Assembly (NCBI GenBank): GCA_963850905.1
Contig: CAWKMU010000004.1
Span: 1-64,000 of the forward strand
Direction of reading: 5' to 3'
From: an uncultured Gemmatimonadales bacterium
GTDB taxonomy: Bacteria > Gemmatimonadota > Gemmatimonadetes > Gemmatimonadales > Gemmatimonadaceae
DNA: 64,000 bases
Part shown: in pieces, positions 11,000 to 20,996 of the stretch
Layout: each line of letters begins with the position of its first letter
Numbering within the stretch: the stretch's first letter is position 1
Program-made: the position numbers and the translations under genes
Notes under the pieces: generated by a model
Database searches by the model: none
Told to the model about the DNA's origin: nothing
The model's input: the letters and a program-made list of their open reading frames with translations, nothing else

Positions 11000-11560
11000 C
11001 TAAAACGTGATTCCGACCGTGAGCGGAATGAATTGGGGATTGAACGCCGACTGGAACGCATAGTGATAGCGGGACTCGACAAAGAGCGACAAGGTCGAAA
11101 TACCGAAACGGAATCCGGCACCGCCATTGATACCAAACGAGTTGTTGTGGACGTTGCCACCGGCGCTCACACTCGACCCGTTTAGCGAAACGTTGTAGCT
11201 GTCGTTGTAATAGCCTGCGCCACCAATGAGGTACGGGGTCACGCCCTTTCCCGGAACGATGTTCCAGACAACATTGGCATTGAGTGTCCAAATTTGCAGT
11301 GTTCCTGCGGAAACCCCCGATGCGGAGTGCATTCGGTTGAACATGCCGTCGATTCGCAGGTTCACTGGCCACGCTGGCATGCCGATGCCCAACGCCGCGA
11401 GCACATTGTATCCGGTGTTATAGGAGTCGCCGAGCGTGCTGAGCGGCCACGTGGCGCCACCGCCCGCACTGAAGGTGAGCTGGGCGTGCGCCACGCTCAA
11501 AGGTGCGCTGACGCACGCCGCGGCAATGGCGGCTGTTTGCAGAGTACGACGGATGGACAC
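11000..11560 (-). CDS. Outer membrane beta-barrel protein (OmpA-like 8-stranded)
   Basis: Signal peptide ending AHA; PYLIGGAGYY; FGINGGAG; C-terminal Phe. Confidence 0.85.
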   Translation of the reverse strand: MSIRRTLQTAAIAAACVSAPLSVAHAQLTFSAGGGATWPLSTLGDSYNTGYNVLAALGIGMPAWPVNLRIDGMFNRMHSASGVSAGTLQIWTLNANVVWNIVPGKGVTPYLIGGAGYYNDSYNVSLNGSSVSAGGNVHNNSFGINGGAGFRFGISTLSLFVESRYHYAFQSAFNPQFIPLTVGITF

Positions 11561-11666
11561 GACCGGCTTCTCCGAATGACGGGGGCTCGTGTGACTTCCA
11601 CGGGACTAGAGCAAAGCTCGTGCGCATGGCCCCGCGGGCCGGCCGGAGACCTGGCACCCTTGGACG

Positions 11667-12665
11667 TCACCTGTAGACGCCGAGGACAAGGATTTCATAC
11701 GGCAACCGCCCCGTGAGGAGAGCGGGGTTGGTCGCGGAGTGCATCACTCTCCGCGAGATCTCAGCGAAATCCAGTCTCGGTATTCCATAAACATGCAGGC
11801 GGTCTCCTGCCTTGAGGGCGCGGACCGCCCGTTCAGGAGCTGTCCCTTTGGTAAAGACCATGCGGAGGCGCGCCACGAGCAGGTTCCCGTCGAGATCCCT
11901 CGCCGAAGCGACCACGAATCTCCCGTCGGCCACCAGATGCTGCGGGTCTTCACCAATCTGCATGATGAACTCGACGTCGTTGTAAAGGCCTGTCTCGGTA
12001 ACGATTGAAATCGTCGGAGATTTGATCGTGATCGTGGACGAGATCTTTTCATAGATCCCAAAGGTTCTCTGAGCGCCTCCTGGACTAAAGCCCTTGACTG
12101 GTTTGAAGGAATCGAGCAGTTCAAGTTTGTCGATCCCCGTGACCGGGTGAATCTCGAAGACATGATCGGGATTGTCGGTGTCAAAGGCAGGCAGAGGCTT
12201 CCTTTGGTCTTCAGGAGCTCTTCCCGCATGCTCCGGCCAGATCCGCCAGACGCCCGAGACCCTGATGGGTCTACCGGTTCCTGCGACATCGTGAACGAGG
12301 GCGATCGCCGCCTGCTGATCCTTGGCGTTTGTGATCTCAGCAACGATCGGGAGCGCTACCTGGGGAGCGCGTCCCGCAAAGTGCAGGTCCCCGTCAATTG
12401 CGCTCGGAAGCGGCGATGCCATCGCCTTGTCGACGGTGAACGTCGTATGCATGCCAACTCGATTCTTGTATTGCTCGATGAACGACCGGTCGATCCGTAC
12501 CTCGATCTTCTTGGGAGCGAAAAGAGAATTGACCGCAATGTATCCAATCGTCGCCTGGCGCACGATCAACCCGCAGCCAGTCAGGATGTGCACGGAGACG
12601 ACGAGCAACGGTGTCAATCGCGCACGCGCGCGCCTGGAAGGCGCGTTCGCATCTGTCGCCTTCAT
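11667..12665 (-). CDS. Hypothetical exported protein (possible OB-fold)
   Basis: Long ORF with GGGAG RBS, LTGC lipobox-like segment, and motifs DGDLH, WPEH, HVFEIHPV. Confidence 0.65.
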   Translation of the reverse strand: MKATDANAPSRRARARLTPLLVVSVHILTGCGLIVRQATIGYIAVNSLFAPKKIEVRIDRSFIEQYKNRVGMHTTFTVDKAMASPLPSAIDGDLHFAGRAPQVALPIVAEITNAKDQQAAIALVHDVAGTGRPIRVSGVWRIWPEHAGRAPEDQRKPLPAFDTDNPDHVFEIHPVTGIDKLELLDSFKPVKGFSPGGAQRTFGIYEKISSTITIKSPTISIVTETGLYNDVEFIMQIGEDPQHLVADGRFVVASARDLDGNLLVARLRMVFTKGTAPERAVRALKAGDRLHVYGIPRLDFAEISRRVMHSATNPALLTGRLPYEILVLGVYR

Positions 12666-13247
12666 TGTCCGCTCCCAGTCAATCCTGTCGCATTGCGAAC
12701 GCGCCGACTGTGCTGCTCGTGGTAGAAGCATGCATCGAGCCCTCCCGCAAGCTCACACAAAGCGCTCGATCTACGTACGCCGTCGCTCGGTGCCATCACT
12801 GGCGGTGCCGTTCTCCATCACGGGCTGCACGGGCCAGCGGACGTTGCCGCGCGAGGTGATGCCGATCACGGACACCTTGACCGGAGAATGGTAGTTATTC
12901 CCGCAGGCTTGCGACACCGGCGGGCCGTCTCTCAACCCGCCGGGGTTGCGTGAGGGCCGGCTAACTAACTGCTCCGACATGCGCGACTTCTGCGATTTGC
13001 GGAGGGCTTGATGCAGGTTGAACAGCATCTCGACACCTGCGTCTTGACCGAAGCAGTCTCGGACACCATGACTGGGCAGGGGCCTAATAGCGATACGGTT
13101 GCGGCACAATTCCCCACGCGGTTCGGCCCCCGCTCGATGGGGAAATCCACTGGCGATTTGTTTGTTTTCAGAGGTCGTGCGGCGGTGGCGGAGCCGCCCC
13201 GCGAGTAACGCGGCCGATTGATGACGCAGGCGGGAGAGACCCCGACC

Positions 13248-13472
13248 ATGCGCGCCATCCCCGTCGATGGCGTGTGGTGGAGCGTGACCGTGCAGGAGCA
13301 TCGGCCTACCGTCGCAGGCGACCAGGTGCCAGTCGTGACCTCTGTGTGGTTTACCGCCGGACTGGTGACGCGCCTCGCATATGCAAGCCTACCGGCCCGC
13401 CAGGTGCTCGAATGGCCGGAACGCGAATTGCGCGCACTTTTCGATCGCTCGGTCCCCGCGACTGCGGGCTGA
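13248..13472 (+). CDS. Small hypothetical protein
   Basis: GGAGAG RBS; DGVWWSV...SVWF...WPERELRALFDRS pattern. Confidence 0.5.
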   Translation: MRAIPVDGVWWSVTVQEHRPTVAGDQVPVVTSVWFTAGLVTRLAYASLPARQVLEWPERELRALFDRSVPATAG

Positions 13473-13779
13473 CGCCGGGCCGGCGTCGAAGCGCGACTCG
13501 GGATGCGTCTCGGTCTTCTAAAGTGAGCAAAGGGACCGCATCACAGGAAGAGCAGCAGCCAGAGCCTGTTTCAGAACGGCCTCTGGCCGCTCGGTGTACT
13601 CATCTTCTGCACGAGCATCCACATCCCGGTGGTTAAGATCTTTGCGATCGCCTGATGGATTCTCTCGGTGTGGCGTCGCTCCAATCGCCACTTGGTTGGC
13701 ATGGGTTGAGAGAACACCGGACCCACTCCAGAGGATGCGCCGAGCGGCGGAATGCCAGTCAACAGTCACGCAATACCGC

Positions 13780-14469
13780 TTATGGCGTCTCCTGCGATCC
13801 ATTGAGCGGCTCCCGCCAATCGCCCGGCGCGTTGGTGGTGGGCTGTTGTGCGGACCCAGGCGCGGCGTGACCGCCTGTCGCCGCCTTCGCGGCTGTGTCG
13901 GGCAGCGTGCGGATGAACGCGACCAGCTTCCAGATCATGTCCTCGGTGAGTGCGTCCCGCCATGCGGGCATTCCTTTGCCACGCCCGTCGTAGATGGAGT
14001 TGAAAATGTCGGCGTCGCCGCCGCCGAAGCGCCAGTATGCGTCTGCGAGCGCGGGCCCCATACCACCGCCGCCCTCAAAGCCATGGCAGGACGCGCAGTT
14101 CATGTGGATGAAGAGCTCGCCGCCTTCGTTGATGGCGCGCGGATTGCCGGTGTATGGATTCTTGATCGCCTTGCGTGCTGGATTCGTCGCATCACCCGCG
14201 AGTGGTCCGACGCTCACGGAGGTGACCGCAGCGAGGTCGGGCAGGCCGGCTGTCGCAGCGCCTGTTTCAGCCCCGCTCACGGTGGCGCCACCCAGCCCCG
14301 TTTGTTCCTCTGGCGTCGCGTAGGTCGCGGCCGTCGTGCGCGCGACACGGACGCCGGTGTCGCCGGTTTGCGTTGGCGACGAGACCGCGGCGGTCGTACC
14401 GTGTGGATGTTCGCCACAGCTCATGACGAGGAGCGTGACCGCTCCTAGAAGGAACAGATGATGTCTCAT
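13780..14469 (-). CDS. Monoheme c-type cytochrome lipoprotein (probable electron acceptor of the PQQ enzyme)
   Basis: NCASCHG heme motif, GMGPAL, GMPAW; LVMSC lipobox; ATGA overlap with the upstream PQQ gene. Confidence 0.88.
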   Translation of the reverse strand: MRHHLFLLGAVTLLVMSCGEHPHGTTAAVSSPTQTGDTGVRVARTTAATYATPEEQTGLGGATVSGAETGAATAGLPDLAAVTSVSVGPLAGDATNPARKAIKNPYTGNPRAINEGGELFIHMNCASCHGFEGGGGMGPALADAYWRFGGGDADIFNSIYDGRGKGMPAWRDALTEDMIWKLVAFIRTLPDTAAKAATGGHAAPGSAQQPTTNAPGDWREPLNGSQETP

Positions 14470-16421
14470 GGCGACCCCGCCGCTCGAGTCGCAGCCGATG
14501 TGGGCGCGGCCGTCTGGCCGTTGTTCGGCGCTGTCGGCGGGCCCAGTTGGTATACGTACAGCGTCCCGCCTTGCGGCGTGTATCCGGCGATCCCTTTCTG
14601 CGTGGCCGCCGCGCCGCCGACTCCGCTTAAGACCGCGACGTACTGCTTCCCGTCGGGCCCAAGATAGGTCATCGGATTCCCGATGATCCCGGAGCCGACC
14701 TTTGTCTGCCACAGTGCCTTGCCGGTCGTGGCGTCGACGGCCTTGAAGTAACCGTCGACCGTGCCGTAAAAAACCAGGTTGCCCGCGGTGGTCAGAACAC
14801 CACCGAACAGTGGGAACTTCTCTGGGATCTGCCACCGAGCGGTACCCGTCGTCGCATCCCAGGCGATGAGCTCGCCGCGATGCCCACCCGGCGCTGGGTA
14901 TCGCTTCATGCGCACACCCCAATACGGTGTGCCGGGGATGTAGCTGACCCTGTATGCCTGGTAGTCCATGCATAGGTTGATCGCCGGGACGTAGAAGAGT
15001 CGTGTTTTTGGCGAAAACGCGGCGGGCTCCCAGTCCTTTCCACCCACGTCCGGGGGACAGATGTCGTGAACCGTGGCACCAGCCATCGTGTTCTTGTCCT
15101 CGTTCGGCTCTGGCGCACCAGTCTTGAGATCAACGTCCTTCGCCCAGTTCTCGTACGCATATGGTTTGGCGATCAGGATCTCACCGGTCGTCCGATCGAT
15201 GGTATAGGCAAACGCATTTCGGTCGAAATGCACTGCGAGCTTCCGCATCTGCCCGCTGATCGGCAGGTCCACCAGGATGTACTCGTTGACCGCATCGTAG
15301 TCGTGTTCATCGTGCGGAGTGATTTGATCGGCCCATTTCGCCATCCCGTTATCGACGTCGCGCGCAAACAACGTACTCGTCCACTTGTTGTCGCCGGGCC
15401 GCTGATCCTGGGTCCATGGGCCCGGGTTGCTGGTGCCATAGTAGACGAGGTTTTGCGCGGGATCATAGGAGACCCATCCCCACACGGCACCGGCGCCGTG
15501 CTGCCACGCGCCCGCCGGCCAGGTTGTCACTCCCAGGTTCTTGCCGCGGTCTTTCGCATAGAATGGATGGAAGTCGTTCCCGATGCGCGCCACGCTATCA
15601 GGGCCGGTGCTGTAGGCGCGCCAGAGCAACTTGCCCGTCTTGACGTCGAGTGCGGCGACCCATCCCAACACACCCATCTCGCCGCCCGAATTACCGACGA
15701 TCACTTTGTCCTTCGCGACGAGCGGCGCCATGGTCATCGTGACGCCCTTGCGGACATCGTCGAGCTTGGTTTCCCACACCTCTTTGCCGGTGTTAGCGTC
15801 GAGCGCAATCGTGCGATCGTCGAGCAGGTTGTAGATCAACTTCCCGTCGGCATACGCCCAGCCTCGCGTTACCACATCACAACAAGCGACACCGACTGAC
15901 CACGGGTCCGTGTTGGGATGGAACTCCCACTTGATCTGGCCGCCGTGTGCGAGATCGAGCGCGTACGCCACTCCGGGAAACGGCGTGACGATGTACATGG
16001 TTGAATCGACAACGCGTGGCGTCCCCTCATGACCGTGCAATTGTCCCGTCGAGAACGACCAGGCGGTTTGCAGCTGCGCGACATTGGCGGTCGTGATCTG
16101 ATCGAGCTCGCTGTATCGCGTCAGCGCAGTGTTCCGGCCACCAATGCGCCACTCACCGACGGAGCCGGCCGTTGCACCGACAGTCGGCTCAGGCGAAGGA
16201 GTCGGATCAAAATTTACCTCGCCACCGACCGACGCCCGCGGATTGGCGGCCGCTTTGTCCGCCCTTGTTGCATCGCCCTGGCAGGCCGCCAAAACAACGA
16301 GCGCTACGAGCACCAGGCCACACGCGCGCCGCCTCCCATCACGATGCCTCTGACCCTGAGCCAGTGATTGAGCCGCACCCGGCGCGCCGTCGGCGCGAAT
16401 AGCAATTCGTTGCGGGGCCAT
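14466..16421 (-). CDS. PQQ-dependent methanol/ethanol-family dehydrogenase, XoxF-like (lanthanide motif)
   Basis: Vicinal CC (VACCDVV), GGEMG, GTSNPGPW, RPGDNKW, TPHDEHDYDAVNE; LAAC lipobox; GGAGGAG RBS. Confidence 0.92.
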   Translation of the reverse strand: MAPQRIAIRADGAPGAAQSLAQGQRHRDGRRRACGLVLVALVVLAACQGDATRADKAAANPRASVGGEVNFDPTPSPEPTVGATAGSVGEWRIGGRNTALTRYSELDQITTANVAQLQTAWSFSTGQLHGHEGTPRVVDSTMYIVTPFPGVAYALDLAHGGQIKWEFHPNTDPWSVGVACCDVVTRGWAYADGKLIYNLLDDRTIALDANTGKEVWETKLDDVRKGVTMTMAPLVAKDKVIVGNSGGEMGVLGWVAALDVKTGKLLWRAYSTGPDSVARIGNDFHPFYAKDRGKNLGVTTWPAGAWQHGAGAVWGWVSYDPAQNLVYYGTSNPGPWTQDQRPGDNKWTSTLFARDVDNGMAKWADQITPHDEHDYDAVNEYILVDLPISGQMRKLAVHFDRNAFAYTIDRTTGEILIAKPYAYENWAKDVDLKTGAPEPNEDKNTMAGATVHDICPPDVGGKDWEPAAFSPKTRLFYVPAINLCMDYQAYRVSYIPGTPYWGVRMKRYPAPGGHRGELIAWDATTGTARWQIPEKFPLFGGVLTTAGNLVFYGTVDGYFKAVDATTGKALWQTKVGSGIIGNPMTYLGPDGKQYVAVLSGVGGAAATQKGIAGYTPQGGTLYVYQLGPPTAPNNGQTAAPTSAATRAAGSP

Positions 16422-16543
16422 GCGACACTCCTCCGGTTTCAACAGTCCGGGCGGTCTCGAGCTGGCAATCGCGATTGGGATGACGGACTGACGGTGTCGG
16501 GGTGATCCGTATCAATCCAGTCGCCGAAATACAACCCGGGCAC

Positions 16544-17119
16544 TCACTGCGCGGCGACGAGTGGAGCCATTGGGATAGACAAGCCGATGAGGAGCAGAGC
16601 GGGTCGCGCATTGGTGAAAAACACACGCTCGCCCTTAAGTACCTCGTCCCCTGCTTGTGGCATGCCTGTAGCTCGATAGTCCATGACGAATACGGCACCC
16701 AGCTGGTGGATCCAGACGTACTTCGGCGTCCAGTTGAAAGCGTGCACCGTCGCGCCAAGGCCGAGGTCGAGCTTGTGCGTGAACGTACTCGCATCGGTCG
16801 GGCGTTGCGCCGGGCTGAAGTTGTCGCCGATGTACGGCGTCACCGTCAACCAGCCGCCCGTGAGCTGCGGCGTCACGACGTCGTAGGAGACGGCTCCCGT
16901 TACCGACAGCCCTGGCGTCCGAATCGGCGTCCCAAGCTCGCTCGCCGTGTACTCCGTGTACGGGTTGGCGTTGGCGGTCGCCGTCGGCAGCCACTGCGTG
17001 CTGACGAACAGATTGAGGTGCGGCACGAGGGTGGGGATGTTCGTGAACAGGATGAGCTCCAGGTTGACCCGGCGACGACTTGCGCCGCAACGAGCATCGG
17101 CACTGGCGACATCGAGCAA
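16544..17119 (-). CDS. Hypothetical protein, probably a 5'-truncated outer-membrane protein
   Basis: Protein-like composition from about 17070 downward; no signal peptide or good start. Confidence 0.45.
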   Translation of the reverse strand: MLDVASADARCGASRRRVNLELILFTNIPTLVPHLNLFVSTQWLPTATANANPYTEYTASELGTPIRTPGLSVTGAVSYDVVTPQLTGGWLTVTPYIGDNFSPAQRPTDASTFTHKLDLGLGATVHAFNWTPKYVWIHQLGAVFVMDYRATGMPQAGDEVLKGERVFFTNARPALLLIGLSIPMAPLVAAQ

Positions 17120-17302
17120 ATATATGAACGGCAGGCGCTGCCGTCCCCTGCCGTCGGGCGTCCGTCAACTGGCCACACGGGGTCGCCCCAACACAGTCGT
17201 CCAGACTGGCGAGCTCAGGCATTGAAAGGCAGTCTTGGCGCGCCGCGCCCCAACATTGACCATCAGGGCCGCGCGCGAGGCCACTGCAGGGAGCCTGTGT
17301 CC

Positions 17303-18955
17303 ATGACTGTTCCGACAGCCCTGTCGCATCCACCCTTCGGAGCGGCCGACCTCAGCAACTGCGAGCGTGAGCTCATTCACCTCGCGGGATCGATTCAGCC
17401 CCACGGAGTGCTAATGGTGCTGCGGGAATCCGATCTCACCATCGTCCAGGTCACGGCGAATGTGCCGGCGCTGCTCGGCGTCTCGCTGGAGGATGCGCTC
17501 GACGGTCGCATCGCGATCTTGGGTGGGGACCTCGAGGTGCAACTCCGACGCCTCACGGGCACGGACTGCTCAGCCATCCGACACCGTTTCTCTGCAGCGC
17601 AGGACGTGATCACTGGCTGAATCCATTCGTCGGGACCGCCCACCGGTCGAACCGGGGGGGGTTGACCGTTGAGCTAGAGCCGCTCGACGATGGTCTGACC
17701 GCGCGCGAACTGCCGCGCAAACTCGCGGCGAGCGTCGCACAGATTGGGGCGGCGAATGACGAACGGTCGTTGTGTCAGGTCGCAGTCACGCACATTCGGA
17801 TGCTGACTGGCTACGATCGGGTGATGTGTTACAAGTTCGACGCCGACGGCCACGGGGACGTGTTGGCCGAGGCAGTCGCCGAGGACCATGAACCGTTTCT
17901 CGGTTTACATTATCCCGCCTCCGACATTCCGCTCAGGGCGCGCGAGCTCTACATCCGCAATCGTGTGCGGGTACTGGTCGACGTCAACTACACGCCGGTG
18001 CCCATCGTGCCGCGGGTCTCCCCGCTAGACAATGAAGAACTCGACATGTCGCTCTGCCGGTTGCGCAGCATGTCCCCGCTCCACTTGCAATACCTGCGCA
18101 ACATGAGGGTGACGGGCACCCTCGTGGCCTCGATCGTCTGCGAGGGTCGCCTGTGGGGCCTCATCGCTTGTCACCACTATTCGCCCAAGGTGGTGTCGTA
18201 TGATGTGCGATCCGCATGCGAGCTCCTGAGCGAAGTCATCGCGACGCGCATCGCGGTCGTCGCGGGACACGAGCAGGTCCAGGCGGAGCTGGCCGTCCGG
18301 CGACTCGAACAGCGCTTGATGCAGTCGGTGCGGACGCAGGGGGACTGGCGCCCGGCGTTGTTCGAGCCGCCGCGTGGGCTCCTCGACTCACTCGACGCGA
18401 CCGGCGTGGCGCTCGTGTACGAAGGCGAGGTTCGGAGTGCCGGCGAGGTGCCGGGGCCCAGCGATCTGCGGCTGCTCTGCGACTGGCTGGGGAAGCGCAT
18501 GACCGAGCCGCCGTTTGCCTGCACGTCGTTGTCGCAGCTCGCGCCCGCATTCTCGCATCTCGCCGCGGTGGCGAGTGGTGTGCTCGCGGTCGAGCTCTCG
18601 CGCGACGACGGCGAGTATCTCATTCTGGTTTCGGGCAGAGCAGCGCGGCACCGTTCGCTGGGCCGGTGATCCCAATAAGCCGGTCGCGATCGGCAACGAC
18701 CCGCGCGAGCTCTCACCGCGGCGCTCGTTCGCGGTGTGGAGCGAGCAGGTCCGCCATACCGCGCACGCCTGGTCGCCGACTGAGACGAAGGTGGCGATGC
18801 ACATCCGGACCTCGCTCTTAGACCTCGCGCTCCAGGTGCGATCGTTGCGGGTGGTCATCGCAGAACATCACGTGGCGCGCGCGCGGCACGCCGTGATGAC
18901 GGCAACCGATCCGGTCCTCATCGCCGACGCCGACGGGCAGTTGCTCATGGTGAAG
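17303..18955 (+). pseudogene. bphP: Bacteriophytochrome (PAS-GAF-PHY) with two frameshifts (~17563, ~18623), truncated before any output domain
   Basis: NCERELIHLAGSIQPHG (biliverdin Cys), YDRVM, YPASDIP, SPLHLQYLRNM, WAGDP, SPRRSF, spread over three ORF segments. Confidence 0.9.
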
Positions 18956-19157
18956 TTCAAACGGCTAACGATTGCTTCCAGTGCAGCCTCCGCGGCCCTA
19001 GCCGCATTTTTCCGCGATCGCTACCCCCTAATGGTCCGGCGCGAGCGCGCGGCGTCACAACACGGTCAGGTCTGCGGCCGTCTTTTTCGGCGCGCGCTTA
19101 CCCGCCCACGTCGTCACGGTCGCGAGGCTGGAGCGCGCGCGCACGCGCGAGAGCCTT

Positions 19158-19179
19158 CTAGCCTCAGCTAATGTATGTT
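19158..19179 (+). promoter_or_regulatory. Candidate DtxR/MntR operator (CTAGCCTCAGCTAA) abutting a -10 hexamer TATGTT
   Basis: YTAG-N6-CTAA palindrome, also present at 21924..21937. A DtxR-family gene lies in the same locus. Confidence 0.5.
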
Positions 19180-19185
19180 CTATGC

Positions 19186-20610
19186 ATGGGACCTGACGGG
19201 GGTCAACCCCAACTAACTCTCCCACCCCGGGCGTGCGGAGTGGGGCCGGCACAGGCGAGCGGTGACGCGGACATCGTCATCACGCACGAAGATATCGATC
19301 GCGCGCAGGACCGGGCTCGCGTGCAGTCCGCTCGTCAGCGCGGTGGCACCTCGTCACGGGTGCGCCTGCTGTGGCTCCTGGTGGGGCCGGGTATCCTGGT
19401 CATGTTGGGCGAGAACGACGGGCCCAGCATGCTGTCCTATGCAGCCACGGGCGCGAAGTTCGGGATCGGCTTCTTTCTGCCGTTCATCGTCCTGACGTTC
19501 GTCATGGCCGTCGTTGTCCAGGAAATGACGGTCCGGTTGGGCGCCGTGACGCACCGGGGCCATGCGGAGCTGATCTTCGAGCGTTTTGGGCCGTTCTGGG
19601 GCTGGTTCTCCATGATCGACTTGGGCATCGGGAACTTTCTGACGCTGATCACGGAATTCATCGCCGTGCGCGCCGGACTTGGCTTCTTTGGGGTGCCGCC
19701 CTGGGCCGCCGTGCTCGCCGCACTCGTGCTGTTGTACACGGCGCTCTTGACCCACCGGTATTGGACGTGGGAACGGATCACGCTGGCCGTCGCTGCGTGC
19801 AACCTCGTGTTCATCCCGGTTGCACTCTTGTCGCATCCCGACTGGCATGCCGTCAGTCGCGCGTTCACGACCTGGAGGCCCCTACCGGGCGGCCTGAATA
19901 AAGACACCTTGCTGATCGTGTTGGCTGACATTGGCGCGACGGTGACGCCCTGGATGCTGTTCTTTCAACAGAGCGCGACGGTTGACAAGGGATTGACGAA
20001 GCCCGACGTCGGCTTCGGGCGCTTCGACACGCTGCTTGGGGCGACACTGGCAGCGGCGGCCGCGGTGGCCACGGTCATCGCGACGACCCCGCTGTTCATG
20101 CACCACATGGCGGCCGACACGTTCCAGGCTGGAGAGTTTGCCCAAGCTCTGCAGCCGCTCATCGGTCGCCTGGGTGCGTCGCTCTTCGCCCTTGGCATCG
20201 TGGAGGCGGGCCTCGTGGCGACTGTCACGATCTCGATCTCATCGGCGTATGCCTTCGGCGAGGTGGCCGGCCGGCCGCACAGTCTCAATTTGCCGATCGG
20301 CCAGGGCAAGGCTTTCTACTCGGTGCTGTTCCTGTGTTCGGCCGTCGCGGCGGCAGTTGTGCTCATACCCGGCCTACCGTTGGTGTTCGTCGTTCTGGTC
20401 GTGAACGTCATAGCCGTACTGGCCATGGCGCCAGCCCTCGCGTTCCTTTTCATGCTCGTGAACGACAAAGAGCTCATGGGCGACGCCGTCAGTCCGCGCT
20501 GGGCAAACATGCTCGCCACACTGGTGGTCATCTTTCTGACGGCAGCCGGCATACTCTTTGGGGTCAGTGTGATTGCGCCGAACTTCTTCGCTGGTCTGGG
20601 TGGCAAGTGA
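19186..20610 (+). CDS. NRAMP-related divalent metal transporter
   Basis: GPGILVMLGENDGPSM, QEMTVRLGAVTHRGHAELI, GATVTPWMLFFQQS, NDKELMG; about 11 TM helices. Confidence 0.9.
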   Translation: MGPDGGQPQLTLPPRACGVGPAQASGDADIVITHEDIDRAQDRARVQSARQRGGTSSRVRLLWLLVGPGILVMLGENDGPSMLSYAATGAKFGIGFFLPFIVLTFVMAVVVQEMTVRLGAVTHRGHAELIFERFGPFWGWFSMIDLGIGNFLTLITEFIAVRAGLGFFGVPPWAAVLAALVLLYTALLTHRYWTWERITLAVAACNLVFIPVALLSHPDWHAVSRAFTTWRPLPGGLNKDTLLIVLADIGATVTPWMLFFQQSATVDKGLTKPDVGFGRFDTLLGATLAAAAAVATVIATTPLFMHHMAADTFQAGEFAQALQPLIGRLGASLFALGIVEAGLVATVTISISSAYAFGEVAGRPHSLNLPIGQGKAFYSVLFLCSAVAAAVVLIPGLPLVFVVLVVNVIAVLAMAPALAFLFMLVNDKELMGDAVSPRWANMLATLVVIFLTAAGILFGVSVIAPNFFAGLGGK

Positions 20611-20622
20611 CGGGAGAAGGCC

Positions 20623-20835
20623 ATGACTGATCCCGCACACGCATCGATCGGGCCCGTGGAGCAAGCGCTTGTGCTATCGTCGCTCGAGCGCGACCAGCTC
20701 GCCGAGGTGAAAAAGCGGCACATTCCCCGACGTCCGCTCAAGGCGATCGAATTGCTTGTCCTCTTGGGTCTGCGCATCTATCTCTTGTTCATGATGGCCG
20801 TGGTGTTCTATCAGGTCTGGACTGCTGTACACTGA
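20623..20835 (+). CDS. Small single-TM protein, co-transcribed with the NRAMP-like gene
   Basis: GGAGAAGG RBS 12 nt after the NRAMP stop; hydrophobic C-terminus. Confidence 0.7.
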   Translation: MTDPAHASIGPVEQALVLSSLERDQLAEVKKRHIPRRPLKAIELLVLLGLRIYLLFMMAVVFYQVWTAVH

Positions 20836-20996
20836 TGCCCGAGGATTCGATTCATGTGGCGTGACGCGTGGACTTGCGCCATGGCTCCGCCGGTGCGTGA
20901 GCGGGACGGCCGCGATCCGGACCGGCGCGATCTCTCCTGGCACCCGCTGACGTCCGGCGCGGTCGGCCAGTGTACTCAGCGTGGCGACCGGGCCCT

